Part shown: positions 38,201 to 53,200 of the stretch, piece after piece | Numbering within the stretch: position 1 is the first letter of the stretch | Layout: every line of letters begins with the position of its first letter | Source: Laetmonice hystrix | Taxonomy: Eukaryota | Assembly: GCA_965235115.1 (NCBI GenBank) | Contig: OZ249437.1 | Coordinates: 34,038,001 to 34,102,000, forward strand | Reading direction: 5' to 3' | DNA length: 64,000 nucleotides | The notes under the pieces: model-generated | The model's database searches: none | The model's input: only the letters and a program-made list of their open reading frames with translations | Told to the model about the DNA's origin: nothing | Made by a program: the position numbers and the translations under genes

Positions 38201-41200
38201 GCTAAATCACATCTGTATGTAACTAAGCCGAAATGACGAGGGAACCGTTATGTGAGGGCCATGAATCTAAAGTATTGAATCCAAAAAGTTGGAAGATGAA
38301 CACACACAAGTAGATGAAACGTCGAATAGATATAGAACACAAGACGCCATTGAGATGACGGCCAAGGTGCGGCATCACGTTGTAGAATGCCTCCCTTGGT
38401 GTCTGTCTATAAAGCGTACAATATCTACGCCCATCTTCTATCCATGCAATATCGTGATACATCGCTGACTAATTTATCTTATGATGTGAAAGTCCATTTA
38501 ATTCACTCAAATCCGTACACATTTTATTAAACGTCAATTTGTTATTTCAAAAACCTTGACAGTGCCAAATGATAGCATGGCCACATTAAAATGGTATACG
38601 GGGTGCAAGAAGATTATTAATGGTTACTTCCCTAAAGCATTTAAGGAGGCGCACCAAAAGTACGTTTTCTCCCTCTCTTATAGGGAAGAAAAGGCCGCTT
38701 TTACCAATCGATTACCGAGCAGGACGGGTTGCCCACTGATACGTGCTGCGACTCAAGTTCACCACACACTTGTTATATCACATTACTTTGCGTTAAGGCG
38801 ACAACATTAGCAGCATTAAATGGACCGGCTGAAACGGAGAGCACGCTAATAATGGTAGCAAATTACAAGGACGGGGCATAATTCTGCCTCACCGATTGGT
38901 TCTGAAGGAGTGAACTCCGCTGGGCCTGTCGCAGTCTGTCAGCTTCATTTGTTATTTTCTTCTAATAAAGTTAAATCAATCACGTTTTCCCTCCAGCAGT
39001 TTCCTTCGAGGGTGGTTCGGGCGGCCGTGTCCGAGTGTTTTCAGTGTAAATCCTCGGACAAAGACTCAGATACAGGCAGGAGGACATGACATCTTCGTAC
39101 CTGAGAGCGCCGCAAAAACTCTATCTGTATCTGCCGCACCCACCTTTCGAACATACAAAGCAAGACCTACAGACAACGTCATTCTCATCATTGGCAGAAT
39201 CGCTGAGTAGCATATGTAAATTGCCCTTTGTAGCGGGTGAATATTGGGCAAGCAATGAGGCCAGGCACATACTGAAGGCGCCGCTCCGCAGGATGTGTCT
39301 TATCTGGTTAAGAATAAACACAGTTGGCACAGTTGGTATCTTCGCAAGTGCATCTCGCTTAACTGTTGACATAAGATGGCAAATGCTCCCTGGAAATCTG
39401 AGTTGTTTTTAGATTCCAAATTAACGTCCATTGTATACGTCAAGTATCAACAGAACAGAGCCTTCGTGGGAAAATTGCAAAAGATTTCAGAAAAGAATTA
39501 AGCGGCGGCAAATCAAGAGATCAAACATGGATGCAATTATTGAGTGGGCATGGTGTTGGTGTGTTTGCTGTGAGATTAAGTCAGTCTCATCAGGCCAATG
39601 TTGATGCCATGATTCTTCTGGTGGATATTACCAGACGGGTGCATTCAGTTAATCCACACGCCAGCTTCAAGTGCACCTTTACAAACTGCAAGATTAGGAA
39701 TTTCTCCAGAAAGTTAGCTATAGATTCTGTGAAATGTCTGCTGTTTGTATTATAAACATAGGTAATATTTGGGCCTATGTGCGATTTTCACCGGACGTCG
39801 AATGCAAAGTTTAAAACCTGAACGGAAAGTTCATTCATACATCTTCTGAACGTCATCTTTTTTGAAGCTGAGTGCATCTGAAATATGACCTTGAATACAT
39901 TTCTATGAATTTCCCATTTTTATAGGCTTGGCATATCCTCAGGTCTCGGCACAAATGTATTTTGGCTGCCATAACTTACAAGGGCAGAGGCCAATCTGCG
40001 CACAGACACCGCAGTCCGACCTGTCACGGAGGACTGTGTCGCCCATTTTGCCAGTAACGGAAGGTCATTCTGTAGATAGCTCGAGGCACACGGGACGCTG
40101 GAAGCCTGTGTGCCCGCGGTCTACAGGTTCATGGGCACATGGCCCCGTACGATTGTGCACTTAGGCGAGGGACTCAGCGGAACTGCGCAGGTGGATACGG
40201 TCCTCGGCTGAGGTGATCACTCGCTTTTATGTTAGCCAAACGGCCCCACTTGTTTCCGTGACAAGAGGCAGCTGGTTCTAAACCACAGGAATCGATAGCG
40301 TAAAGCGTTTTCCCTGCGCGTAGTAATATATCTACGAATTGAGAGGCTGTCGCCGCGCCTGTTATCGGTTCGGGCTGGGCAGAAGCCACGGTGGATGCAT
40401 CACGTGGCAGGCAACATTAGGTCTATAACCGCTGTCTTGTGGTCAGTGTCAATGCTAAGAGATTCGTCTGCACTGTTATTTTATCGTGTAGTATATTTAC
40501 CGCTACTCAGTGGTTCACTGTCTGTCATTTATATGTAGATTTACGCTTTACTATACGCAGACTTGCCTTCCGTTCAAATCCCATAACTGGATGTTGTTTG
40601 GATTAGAGACATCAATATACGTGTAGAACTTCAGATAGGATAGTTATTCCAGCTCGGCTTAGATGAGATAACAAACAGGATTTGAATCCTGGAACACTTT
40701 CATGTAGTTTCGTACCGATCATGCGCCTCTACATTGAGAGTAGTAAAGACCTGTTTTTCGGTTGTCCGTTTAGTAAAAGTAAGCATTCCCGCTTTGCTTG
40801 TACTCCTTAAAGGGGCACAAATTTTCGACTTACTTTGCGTTTTTCTTATATGATAGCGTAAAGAGGTCCACAATAAATATTCCTACCCTGGAAATAGCGT
40901 TCATTGGCCTGTAATCAAGCCACAGGCATCCCACAAAGTGAATTTCGGTGTACACCGAAATTCAGTAGTTAAGCATTGTAGAAGGGGGGGGGGGCGTGGC
41001 CCCAAGTGACCTGTTGGAAGTTATGCCATTTCTCGGCCAGGACAACGGGGTTCACCCATTTTTTAATCCTTTGCATTTAACCATAGAATGCCTCACAGAA
41101 GATTGAAAAACCGTTCGAAAGTACGATTCTTCCAACTGTGTCCCTTTAATCTGTTAGAGAACAAAATGTCCTGACTGATCAATACACTGGTAATCGGCTG

Positions 41201-44200
41201 CTTTTACACTGACACATTTGTTTGTTTATTAGACGTCACTTAAGTGGCATTTTGAAATACTCAGAGCCTACACGACAAGTTGACTATTTATAGGCCGGGT
41301 GGTTATAGATACATTTAAGTGCCCCCCTCCCCCCAGCCTCAACCCCCACCCTCCCCTCGCCCCCGCACCCCAGAGCACCTAATCAATCATAGGCAAATGT
41401 AGGCAGGTCCTATCGTTTACATGTAATGTAGTAGGCCTAGCCTTGATGAGCATGCATCACAATTCTGATAAGGCCAATTTGTCTGGAGTTTCAAATTTTA
41501 ATTTAAAATATAGTAGAGATTGCTATATGAACTAAAATTCTCCTTTTAACACGGAGCAATCTGCAGGTGTACTGCGTTACTGCAGACAAAGAGGCGAGAA
41601 GATTTCCCCTTTGAAATCATTTCGATTAATATGTAACCAGAGTTGGCGTAGGTGGCTGTCATCATTATAAACGGTCTGGTTGTTGTCCGTCTGAGGCTGG
41701 TTTCCTGTTACATAATCCTCCGCAACTATATAAATAGGATGATTTATCTACGAACAGGGATTTCATTAGATGGAGAACAACGCCTGAGATCAGTAAGTGA
41801 GAACCGTTTGTTCATCTTCAGAGACCAAAAGATCATTTATGTACATAATCCACAGTGAGCATCTCTGTAGCAATGAGTGAGTGAGCGAATTGGGGGTGGG
41901 GGTGGGGTGGGGGTGGGGGTGGGGGGGGGTTAAACATTGTTGGCAGTATTTCAACCATATTCAGGGCCATGTCCGCCATTTAATTCAGTCAAGGAACCTA
42001 TTCTATACCCCCCGAGTCCCGTGATGATGAGGATAAACCGAGAAAGAAACCTGCCACCGGGAGGCACTCTCCTACTCTTTACGAAAAACTGCAAGGGTTC
42101 TTTCTATGCCCAGGAGTACATACTGGACATACAAAACCTTTGATGACCCAATAACTATTGAGGAGGGCCATTGAGAAAATGGTACTAGAAGGGCTCAAAT
42201 CCATCTGTGCCACACGGATGATTCTGTACTCCGACCCTCGACCACTTCACACACCAACCCTCGCCCCATTTGTCGCCTTTCCCGAACAATCGGGGATTAA
42301 GCCGAGAGCCATTCTTATCCCAGGTCCCTATAGACCCGGGGGGGGGGGGGTCTATAATGTTTCCGAGTTTCCAAAACTGCATTGAGATGCGAAGGTCCTC
42401 GGATCTCATGAACCTGGGGTATAAGTATTCTCTCCGACGAACACTATCGTGCGTGGGAGTGATTGCATTTGGCCACCATATATATTATAGATAAGACTGA
42501 AATGGTTGGCCAGTGCTCCGGGGTGGGTATCAAAGCGACATTACTTAAGGCAGGTGTGTAGGAGGAACTGACCTTTCAAGAAGCCACTTAACGCTGTGGG
42601 CGATAATCGTGGAGAATGAACAAAAGAACTGGTCAGGAGGAAACACGGGTGAACACACTATGGGCCAATAAGGCATGATGTGACCTCATTCTTACCAAGT
42701 CTTTCTAAGGATTAACGGAACGAGCCAGGGATCTGCCCAATAACGGGCGCAGTAAGATAAAGGATCCAAGATGTCAACATCCCAGGAACTCTTCCCTGGT
42801 GACGTTTAGTATATAAAGGGGAGATCACATGACATCCTTAATTCAAGCCCCTGGATACTATCAGTGATCCCATATGACGATTTTATTATTTGGTTCTCAA
42901 AACGAGGATACCAAGTAATAAGTCCCCTCCGGTGACGTCAAAAATACAGGAAATATCAGCGCTGGGACGTTCAACCCTCGATCAACCCCGCAGTACAGCT
43001 GACCAATCACGTTTCAGTATAATAAAGTATAAATACATGACATATCTGAACAATGGGCAGGTTATTATCAGAATAGAAGTCTTGGTCTCCATCACATGTA
43101 TCTAGAGGGAATTGTACTTTAATCAGTCGGGGAGTTCTGAACATTACGTCTATCAGAATATGCATATTTCCAAAATTAAGGCTTTCTGGTCTGCCCGCTC
43201 TACAAGATGCCTAGGCCGTCGCTTTCATTTCGTCCATAAAACTTAAAAGTGACTTTCCTTGCGTGGGCAGAGCCAAGAGAAGTTGTCCGGTCGTCGATGC
43301 CTTCGGGGACCAAGCCCTTGTGTATTTATCTTTATAAAGATATCAGCAACATGTCAGCCACCCTAAGAGGCAAATCCATCAACCGCTCTGGCTTCTTCTT
43401 CCCTTTGGTAAATGTTAACTCAATCTTAGATACGCTGCACCCTCCCACTTCAAATAGGTACTGGTGCACCCATTTGGTATGTTGCCTGAGGTGACGTTGC
43501 CATGCAGTGGTCAAGAGATATGGTGCTGGTTTCGGTACTATGGCTAAGCACTTAAAGGACCACTCATGCTCTTTCCTGTGATCGTTTACATTGTGGTCAA
43601 CAGAGTTAAAGAAGAACTAATGCAGGCCTGCTGATAATATCGTGAAGGTCTATGATCTTGTTTATTTCTCACCATACATACAAGATTTGCTTGTCTGCTA
43701 ATCCGTGCCCTCCTGGCAGTTTTATAGGTTGTGTATGTATGGCCATGCTACAGGACATATTGTGTGTGAGGTTCTCTGTTCGTTCTACAGGGTCATTATG
43801 ACCGTGCTGTTGACGATTCTCGGTGAATATTAGCTGACTCGCATTCCATTTGCTGGCCACCACGGCGAAGGGAACAGAAGGATAATGAATGAAATTATAG
43901 GACATGTAATATATCTGGCCTTGCAGATCGGTGAACACTGCGCGGCGTAGGAGTCGTCTGTATGACGATAATTCCCTGTTCATCTCTCGTTGATTAAATC
44001 AGAGAACGTGCCCATTCCAGCCTAGATGAACACTAGATGAACACTACGCCGTCAGCGTAGGAGGTTGAACCACCATGTATCAATTAAAGTTAATTGTGCG
44101 GCACCGGATTGCGGTATTGTAATAACCTTGTCAGATCTTCTGACAGCATCGACGCTGCCATTAAACGGATCGACTTTGACAATGCCACCCGCCTTGGACG

Positions 44201-47200
44201 AGAAAGCCAGAACAGGTTACAGGGTGAACACCATTTAACCTTTATGGTGATCTCCCAACTGATACTGGTACGTCATATGGAAGCAGTCAGAAATTCATAT
44301 TTGGCAAAGTATGACGTAGGCTACCATGAAGTATAGATAGGTCACATTTATAAGAAGTATTATTCTTAAACCCAACAAAAAGAGCAGTTGTCATGAACAT
44401 TCGATTGCAGGTATTCTTCTGTCCATGCAGAACTTAGAGACCTGTGAAGCGAGAGAGTTGTTTGATGAAGGACACAATATTGTTTCGCAAATGACGCATC
44501 GCTCATTTTGCCGCTGGCGATTTTGCCGAGAAACAATGTAGAGGCATGGTTCGTGACGATCAATGCAAACTGGCAACTGCAAACTGGCAACATGGCAAGC
44601 GATCTTTCAGGTTGGTGCACAGGGCATTGAAAACAATGTAGGTTTGAGAAACTTGACACAAGTATTCTGATATGTCATCCAAAAACACGGCTTGAGTGCT
44701 GATCCGTGTTCTCTGAGCTGCAATCGAACGCTAGAACAAGCCTGCCTGTTATTTAAACTCATAAATCTCCGTACGCGTTCACTGGTCAGCAATCATGTGT
44801 GTCCTCTGTTCAGTGAATCCGTTCGGCTTCCTGCCATTACTGATGACTCTGGACGTCTGTGGATGTGAGGTATACGGCGCTCCTATCGTATGTTGGAATG
44901 TCTAACCGTCAGCCGTCTAAATGTCAGCCGTACCAAATGTAAGGTTTTGGAAGTACTGGACTTCAAGTAATTAAATTGCAGTTGAAATTAGAGAAATATA
45001 ATTTGAATATTTTCTGGCGATTTGGCATATTAGGACCGCTATAAATAGTAAAAGAAATGGGGAACTTTACTATATAGGATGTGGTGTGGTTGTGGGTTGG
45101 TGCTCTATTAACAGTTACTTTTTCCTTTTTTTCTGTCTGGTGATGATGGTGATGCATGAGACCCCCGCGCACCGGGCCAAGGTGTTATTCTTATCGATAA
45201 ATTGCAAGGAATTACGAGGAATGTCTTCCCTATATTGTTCTTGAAAAGTAATTGCTGTTTTTTATGTCTTTTTTTCTGTTCATATTTTCTGCCTTTCTTC
45301 CTACTCTTTATTTCCTTCTTTTTCAAACTATAATGCCTTCAGTCAGCATGTCCTTTTTTAAATCTTTGTGAAATCGTTATGGTTTGAGCTCTAGAACACA
45401 GCGCTGATTGCTTTATTCAGAACAAACATCTTCTTATAATTGGTCACAGCAAAAGAATTTATGCCATCGGCAAGGTCAAGCATTCTATACGTTCATTCTC
45501 TTTTCTCCTGAATAGGCTATAGATCCTCTACCGTTTCTTTTTAAACCAAACTGAACATATTTTTTACATCGTTGATACATGCCTTTTCAAACTGGAATAT
45601 AAGACGGCTGGGTCTGTAATCCCGAAACGATACATCTCTGAAGCCCCTGCTGTCTCAAAGATATTCCTGTCAAGTGACCTTTGAAATTGCGAATACATCA
45701 CTGAATCCTCTGTTGTCTTACACACACTTCTTTCAAAACAACTTTATTTTGAAAGCAGTATCTCACAGATGTTTTGTGCGTATTTTGTCAAATAGAACTC
45801 GAACACCAAGGGGAAACTTCGAGGGCTGACTCCAAACAGGGAAGATGAACACGCTGTTGATACCGATCAGCGATGGTACTTGGCGGCAAACTTTTTAAAA
45901 TCCATCTGGCATTATGTTTTTCTGCTTCGTAAAAAACACAACTGGAATCGTACCAGGGCACTTAAGCTAGGCTCACACTATACAACAGTCCACGACTCTG
46001 TGCAACTCAAGAGTTGAGTTGTCATTTCAGCCGACCACCGACAACTGCCTGACGCACACTTGCCGATTTATTCCGACGAGTGCACTCACAGTACACGACT
46101 ACCTACGACTGATACAACTGCGTCCCTGGTGTTTAAAATGTGAACTGCAACGCCCGCGCGCCCCCTACTGTCTAGCTCCGCCTCGTTTTAGAATAATTTC
46201 CGGGCCAGAAATCATGTGACGCGAATGCCGTGCTCTGATTGGTCTTTCCGACTCTTCAGTTCAGTTGTGAAAACCGCTCACACCGCACAAGGGCAGTCGA
46301 GTCGCGTCTTTAGCTCGCTCACACTATACAACCAAACAGTCGGGAGGAGTTGTAAGTTGTACGTCCATCTTACGACGATTGTTGTATAGTGTGATCCTAG
46401 CTTAAAGCTAGCTTAACGTACAGGGTCAACAGTCTGATACAATGGTGTATACATACAGACAAAACTTTATAAGACCCTAGGCCCCTCGTGTGTAAAGTCG
46501 AGAGGCCTCGGGAATTGAGATAAAACCTAACTGGTTCTGCAGGGTCACTGTCCATCAATCAGGATATAAGTCTAGGGATTGATAAGAAAGGTCGACTTGT
46601 CAGGAAGTAAGAAACCGTTCGGGCAGACACCGCCAATGGCACGCCAGTGACAGCGGAGTCTGTCGGTGTAGTTACACATCTGCCAAGGTCGTGGAGGACG
46701 TCCTGCAGGGGATGACATGAAAGGTGCTCCTGTGTCTGGGCACTTGCTTTTCACCCTGGATCTCCGTTATCAAGCACGTTAACACAATGTCAACGAGCTC
46801 CATGGGTGGGTAGTCTATAAGATAAACTCTGTAATAGGGTGGGTGGAGGCTGCGGCCCGTAGTAGACCCAATCTAGAGGTGTCACCATCTCTTTCTGCGA
46901 GTTCTGGCTGAGCGTTGCGCAGGTGCCCTGCTGAGTGACACTACGCGTACATCTATAGTCAGTGGCTTGATGGAGTGCCGAAATGAAAGGTTCGGCGTTA
47001 TTTGATCGCATTCCTCAAATGGAGGCCTTGGGCTTGATCTCGATACGGGGTCACAGGGGGTCAGGTCGGGGAGGGGCGTGGACCACTTAGTGGTGACAGG
47101 GCGGCACGGCGGACAATGTACGGCACAGCCTCGCCTCGCATAGATCACCTAAAGGGGGCCACGGCAGTGGCCAGTCAAACAAACCAGTGGATCTAATGCG

Positions 47201-50200
47201 TTCTCTGGATCCCTCCGAGTCCCCCGAGTCTGTGTTATACTTACACGATGCGCAGTGATGTGCACGCGCATGTAACAGGATCGCGTGAGTGATATACATT
47301 TGCCACTTTGCAGCCACATCATAGATAACAACAACGTTCGATGTAAATGGAATGCTGGAGGCGTTCGATACTTCCCAGTCCTTCGACCTTGAGATGGAAT
47401 TCGGGTGGGGATATCGATGGGGACATCACAAGATGCAAAGTAATAGTCTCCCCATCCGCTAAAACGTTAATTTGTGTATATCCCTACAGGGTATCGCATT
47501 TGGAGTTTGTTGAGTTAGTTTTTTCAAGGTAAAGGAAATCTAAAATCGTTTAATAAGTTCATCTCAGCAAACCATTCAGACTTAACTTTTTAGTGGTAAA
47601 CTTTTATGTTGAGTACATCATACCATTCATCCATCCTATCCTAGTTATATCGACATAGCCTTATTAGAAAATCTGACTGGATGTGCGTGGGACGGTTTTG
47701 CGCCGAAGCCATAAATGTATTGCAGTTTCGGCCAAGGAATCAAATGAACTTCTCATCTGCTAAAAATAGGATATATACATTACCGCACAATTCTATGCAT
47801 TTTAATGTGTCTTTGTCCCAACGCCTCAAATAGAACGTCTGGCCGTGGGAGTATTGTCAAATCCAGCAATATTTTGAATAGAACAGTTCATACTTTTGTT
47901 GAAATATCAATGGGTCAGTAAAGCTGCCTGGCATAGAATAGAAACCAACATAATAATCCAATACAGACTGGCATTATTGACTTAGACTAACGTTTTGTAA
48001 TAACTTTTTGTAATAACCCTTTGGGTAAATTGTTAAAGTTTACACATAAACCAGATCATTAGTGTCACAAGATTAATGTCACAAGATCCCTGAATTAGCA
48101 GAGACAACAAACAACAAAATCATTACCCATGACCCAGTCCTTACAAGGCATATTCTGCCTGTGGGGAATTAAGAGGCCCTTGCATGGGGACGGAAATATG
48201 GCACCTCAACTGAAAGCTATACGGTACTAAGGTTTAATATCAACTTATAGACATGGGGAGTGCGAATTGAAAGAGTTGAACAAATTTGTAGATTAAAAGG
48301 CAGCTGCCTTTCATTTTATTTCATTATGACTATTTCGTTTTTCGTGTTTTCGTTCTGGATGATCCTTTATTGATAGTTGTAGGTTTAAATGTGTTTTTTT
48401 TCATGTTTTGAATATGGTTGTTCTACGTTCTAAAGCCCTGCACACAATGTAAACTGAGAGGAAAACAAGTATAATGTTCACTGAATTTACCGTGTAATAT
48501 TGTGTGACAGTATCCACTTGAAAGTCCTGTCGCCATCATCTCCCATTTTACATGATTTGATACACCAATAATATGAAGATGTAAAGGCCGGTATGGACGG
48601 GGTCCCAAGGTATCCGACACGTTTCCTTCACGTTCACGATAATCTACCCTCTTTAATATTGGTCTCGACGATCCCTGTTCTATTTCCTTCCACAGATGGG
48701 AATCCATCCTTATTTCTGGCGGCTTTGAATTCACTTAACCGTATGGTTACTCGTGATTTGGTGGAATTAGGTAGATTATGGCAAACCTGACAAACACTTG
48801 GCCAATTAGCCCGTATGAGAAGAAACGTTTTTAATCAGTTGATTGCCGCTGATGCATTGATGTGGGCGCGTAGTGAATATCTTTCTTACAACTTATCGCT
48901 TATCCACATGCGCGTGCAGCGACAACATTATTTGTACGATCGTACCAGATACTGCCTGTATTCAGGACGCGATTACTCGCTGATGCACTGACTGTTGTTT
49001 AAAGAGTTGAGTTTGAGTAAATAAGATAAAAATAACGAATATAGGTCTTCCTACTGGAACCGTCATGATTACAGCCAGTCGTGCACCAAAGTGGCACCAT
49101 CGCTTTCAGGCGGGCAATGCTAGTCATAGGCAATGCTTGGCGAGTGAAGAAATAGATCGCAATACTAGGCGCTAATGATTATTGATAAGAGTGATTTATT
49201 CGGTATTGGCTGCGGTCCACTCCTGTGTAAGCTCATCTATTCGTCTGACACTCATCAGACTCAGTCTTCACTGTGGATCTTTTATCCGTCAGACGAGGCA
49301 ACGAGCCGGAGAACGTAGGACTTATCGATTAGGTGCGAAAACTGGACTCTGCCTGTGTCTTTGGATGAAGCGTATTGAAATAGAAATCAGTTAGATACCG
49401 AATATTCCAGGTACAACTTCGAACGAATTTTCTACGGGTAGGCGACATAGCAGCCATGGGACCCCCTCCCCTTCCAAAGAATCCCTCCCCATTTCTTTCT
49501 CTTTCTCGCCCTCTTCTCTGTCTCTGTCTCTCTCCCTCCACCTCTCTCTCTCTGTCTCTCCCCTCCCTGTCCCACAAAATACATTAGTATAACAGGGTCT
49601 AATGCCTGGTTCATATTATTACCTACTAGTCTGTGATACCTCACCCATGCTAATCACTACAGCTAGTGCAATTAGCAAGACTAGACAAAGATTGTGAGTA
49701 ATGCTGATGTCTCCTCAGCCCCATTCATTGCGAACCACTTTACCAACATGTACGTATGACCTTGGCTGTGCTCCCTCTTGTCAGGAGGACATGAAGCGAC
49801 ATCCTTACACCTCTTGGTGATAAATACGGGGGTCGTTGTCTCTTTCCCCGCAAAATCGAAAAAAGAGAGGCGAATTGGTTGAATTATTTATAGCTTAAAC
49901 GAGGAGTGATGCCGAGCATTGTCAGAGTTGTAGGGCGAGAGCGGTGGAAAGTTACGTAACAGAGAAGCAGGGTGTAGTGGGATGTAATATAGGAATGGAG
50001 GAACTATGGTCCGCTGGGGTGTAGTTAGTGCTTATTGCATGCCGTGCGAAGTTCAGACAGTGTTATTATGCTGTGATAATATACCCGAGGCATAGCCGAT
50101 GATATACCTGAGGCATATCTCCGTTGAGACTTAGCTCCATCATATCATATTCACTTTAACACACGGTTGTAAGTCGTGTGCGTTATGCTTTAATAATGTA

Positions 50201-53200
50201 AGTTTTATCAGGGCATAAGGGTCCTGTAAAGTCTAGCGGCGCCATGGAGTGTACTGTTTCGTGGAGGGATCTGATGACTTCGTTATAGGTTGCAAAGGGG
50301 GTATACCCATTACCCTTTATGACGCAATAGAAAGAGAGCGTCCAATGAATAGGCTCAGCTTTAGGTTAGGTATTCGTTTAACGTGATACTCAAGACTATT
50401 TCCACCACCTTTCTGACGTGAAGGTCTGCATGCCACTGATGTTTAGCTTCAGTTTCGTTCGGCTCCAGATCAGCGTTGGCATCGGTCCCCAGGGGGATCT
50501 GCCCCTTTCTGTCGGCCTATTCACAACGCATGACGTGCATGTCACACCACAGGCCTACTGCAACTTCTGCTGCCATCACATGATCGGCTAATTTACTTGT
50601 ACCTCAAACTTCCCTTTTCTGCTTCTTCCCCACACCCCACCCCCACCCCAATTTTAGAAATTAAACAATATAAGAGAGTAATGCGATTTGGTTTTGATGG
50701 CTTCATTTAACTGGCCTGTAGCCAGGGGGACAAGGGGGCCTGTGCCCCACCCAAAATCTGGCAAGGTCCAAAAGGTCCAACTTTTGCCAAATTTTAAATG
50801 GACTTTTGGTCCTGAAAATTATTTTGGACAAGATGTCAGCAAAACTGTGGTTGGTTCACTCTTATCTTGAACGAAATCAATATTGCCCGCATCAAAATTG
50901 TTTGGGGTGCAAGTGCAGATAACTTTGCTGGTTATGCAACTGCTCTGTAAAGGCCTAAGAGTTTATTCTGGCCTTCAGACAGTGTGTTAAGCTTAGGTTG
51001 TCACAATGGTACAGCTTTGAACAGGGAATCTTTGTGGTGAAGGCATTCAATGAAACCAGAAGTTTGCAAGCCACACAGGATGTGGTTGCAGACTGGTTTC
51101 TTGCTGTCCTCGGCCTTCCTGAGTGTCCTCTGTTGTGGTTGAGGCTGGTTTCCTCGGATCTTGCTGTCCTCAACCTTCCCGAGTGTCCTCTGTTAGGCTG
51201 GTTTCCTTGGATCTTGCTGTCCTCGGCCTTCCTTAGTGTCCTCTGTTGTGGTTGAGGCTGGTTTCCTGGGATCTTGCTGTCCTCGACCTTCCTGAGTGTC
51301 CTCTGTTGTGGTTGAGGCTGGTTTCCTGGGATCTTGCTGTCCTCGGCCTTCTCGAGTGTCCTCTGTTGTGGTTGAGGCTGGCTTCCTCGGATCTTGCTGT
51401 CCTCGGCCTTCCCGAGTGTCCTCTGTTGTGGTTGAGGCTGGTTTCCTGGGATCTTGCTGTCCTCGGCCTTCCCGAGTGTCTTCTGTTGTGGTTGAGGCTG
51501 GTTTCCTGGGATCTTGCTGTCCTCGGCCTTCCCGAGTGTCCTCTGTTGTGGTTGAGGCTGGTTTCCTGGGATCTTGCTGTCCTCGGCCTTCCCGAGTGTC
51601 CTCTGTTGTGGTTGAGGCTGGTTTCCTGGGATCTTGCTGTCCTCGGCCTTCCCGAGTGTCCTCTGTTGTGGTTGAGGCTGGTTTCCTGGGATCTTGCTGT
51701 CCTCGGCCTTCCCGAGTGTCCTCTGTTAGGCTGGTTTCCTCGGATGTTGCTGTCCTCGGCCTTCCCGAGTGTCCTCTGTTAGGCTGGTTTCCTCGGATGT
51801 TGCTGTCCTCGGCCTTCCCGAGTGTCCTCTGTTGTGGTTGAGGCTGGTTTCCTGGGATCTTGCTGTCCTCGGCCTTCCCGAGTGTCCTCTGTTAGGCTGG
51901 TTTCCTCGGATGTTGCTGTCCTCGGCCTTCCCGAGTGTCCTCTGTTAGGCTGGTTTCCTCGGATGTTGCTGTCCTCGGCCTTCCCGAGTGTCCTCTGTTG
52001 TGGTTGAGGCTGGTTTCCTGGGATCTTGCTGTCCTCGGCCTTCCCGAGTGTCCTCTGTTGTGGTTGAGGCTGCTTCCGTGTGCTTCATACTTTTTACATT
52101 GACCCAGATTGTTTTCTGTGATGGTGGTTCTTACGTATGTAGAGCAACTGGCTCCTGTATACTTTTGTTTAGACGATAAGTCCGATGTCCATCGTGTCTG
52201 TACAGGCTCATATAAACAGGTACGGTGGGATCAGGTATTATTGTTTATTATTATGAGTAGTAAAGGAAATGCTATAATAAATAAATCTCAATCTTGTTTA
52301 CGTCCTTTCTAATTACAAATGTAATGTCTTTGAGCTCACGTTGGATGTACGAGTATACAATGGTGCGTGGTCGATTACCAGTGCCGTTTCGTAGAGAGCT
52401 GGGATCAGCACAGATCATCAAACTCACTACTTAAAAGTTGCTCACGCGGGCGTAGCTTCGTGTTGCCGTTCGAGGGCCAATTGATCGATATTCGATTAGC
52501 GTCGCGGAGAACGACTCACCCTTGTAAGAGTAAAATCACCCTAATGGCTGTAATGTATTTGATTCCTATAGCTTCAATGACGTAAAGAAATATAGCTTCA
52601 TAAAGCGTCATTTAAGAAGGCCAATGACTTATTGAAGCCACACGACATTTTTTACAGCTGTAAACTAAATGGCTTGAATAATTGCGATAAGACTGTTATG
52701 CAGGAGGCTGCTTGGATGCGTGACACTTGAAAGGCCCTAAATAGGCTCGTCCTGTGTTGAAACAATGGCTACGGATAATTTAGTAACCACATTAAGTCCA
52801 ATTAGGCGCCAGTTGAACCTCTTCTTACAACCAAGATTTATGTTAACCTGTCATTATCTAATGGCAACATGCTGCCAACGAAACGGTTCAAGTCGAGCTT
52901 ATTCTCCGAAATGTAAAACGATTACGTATTCTCAATTTCAAACCGGCAAATCCACTGGACCCAGTTTAAGCTTAAAGCCAGGAATCCATGTGTACGTAGT
53001 GTGGACGTGATCCGTTATGCGTTATGCGTACTGCGCAGTGCGAAATGCAATGAAAACAAGTTGGGGTGATTCCATGTAGGCCTATGCGTAGTGGGCAATG
53101 CGTGTTTCCATTGTTTTGATTACGCACTACGCAATAGGCACTACGGACACATGGATACCTGACTTAACGCTTTTGATTGGTCGGTCTGCTTACACCAGCC

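Noticed and set aside
46572-47011. Integrase-like words (PPRPWQM; also PLGASRGNKW and LLQFYGR at about 53606-53925, and YREREGNVSDTL at about 48600)
   Set aside because: Isolated short resemblances to LTR-retrotransposon pol without LTRs or ordered domains; insufficient support without a search
51246-52179. Leu/Val-rich plus-strand ORFs of 178-181 aa
   Set aside because: Antisense translation of the 60-bp transposase-derived repeat
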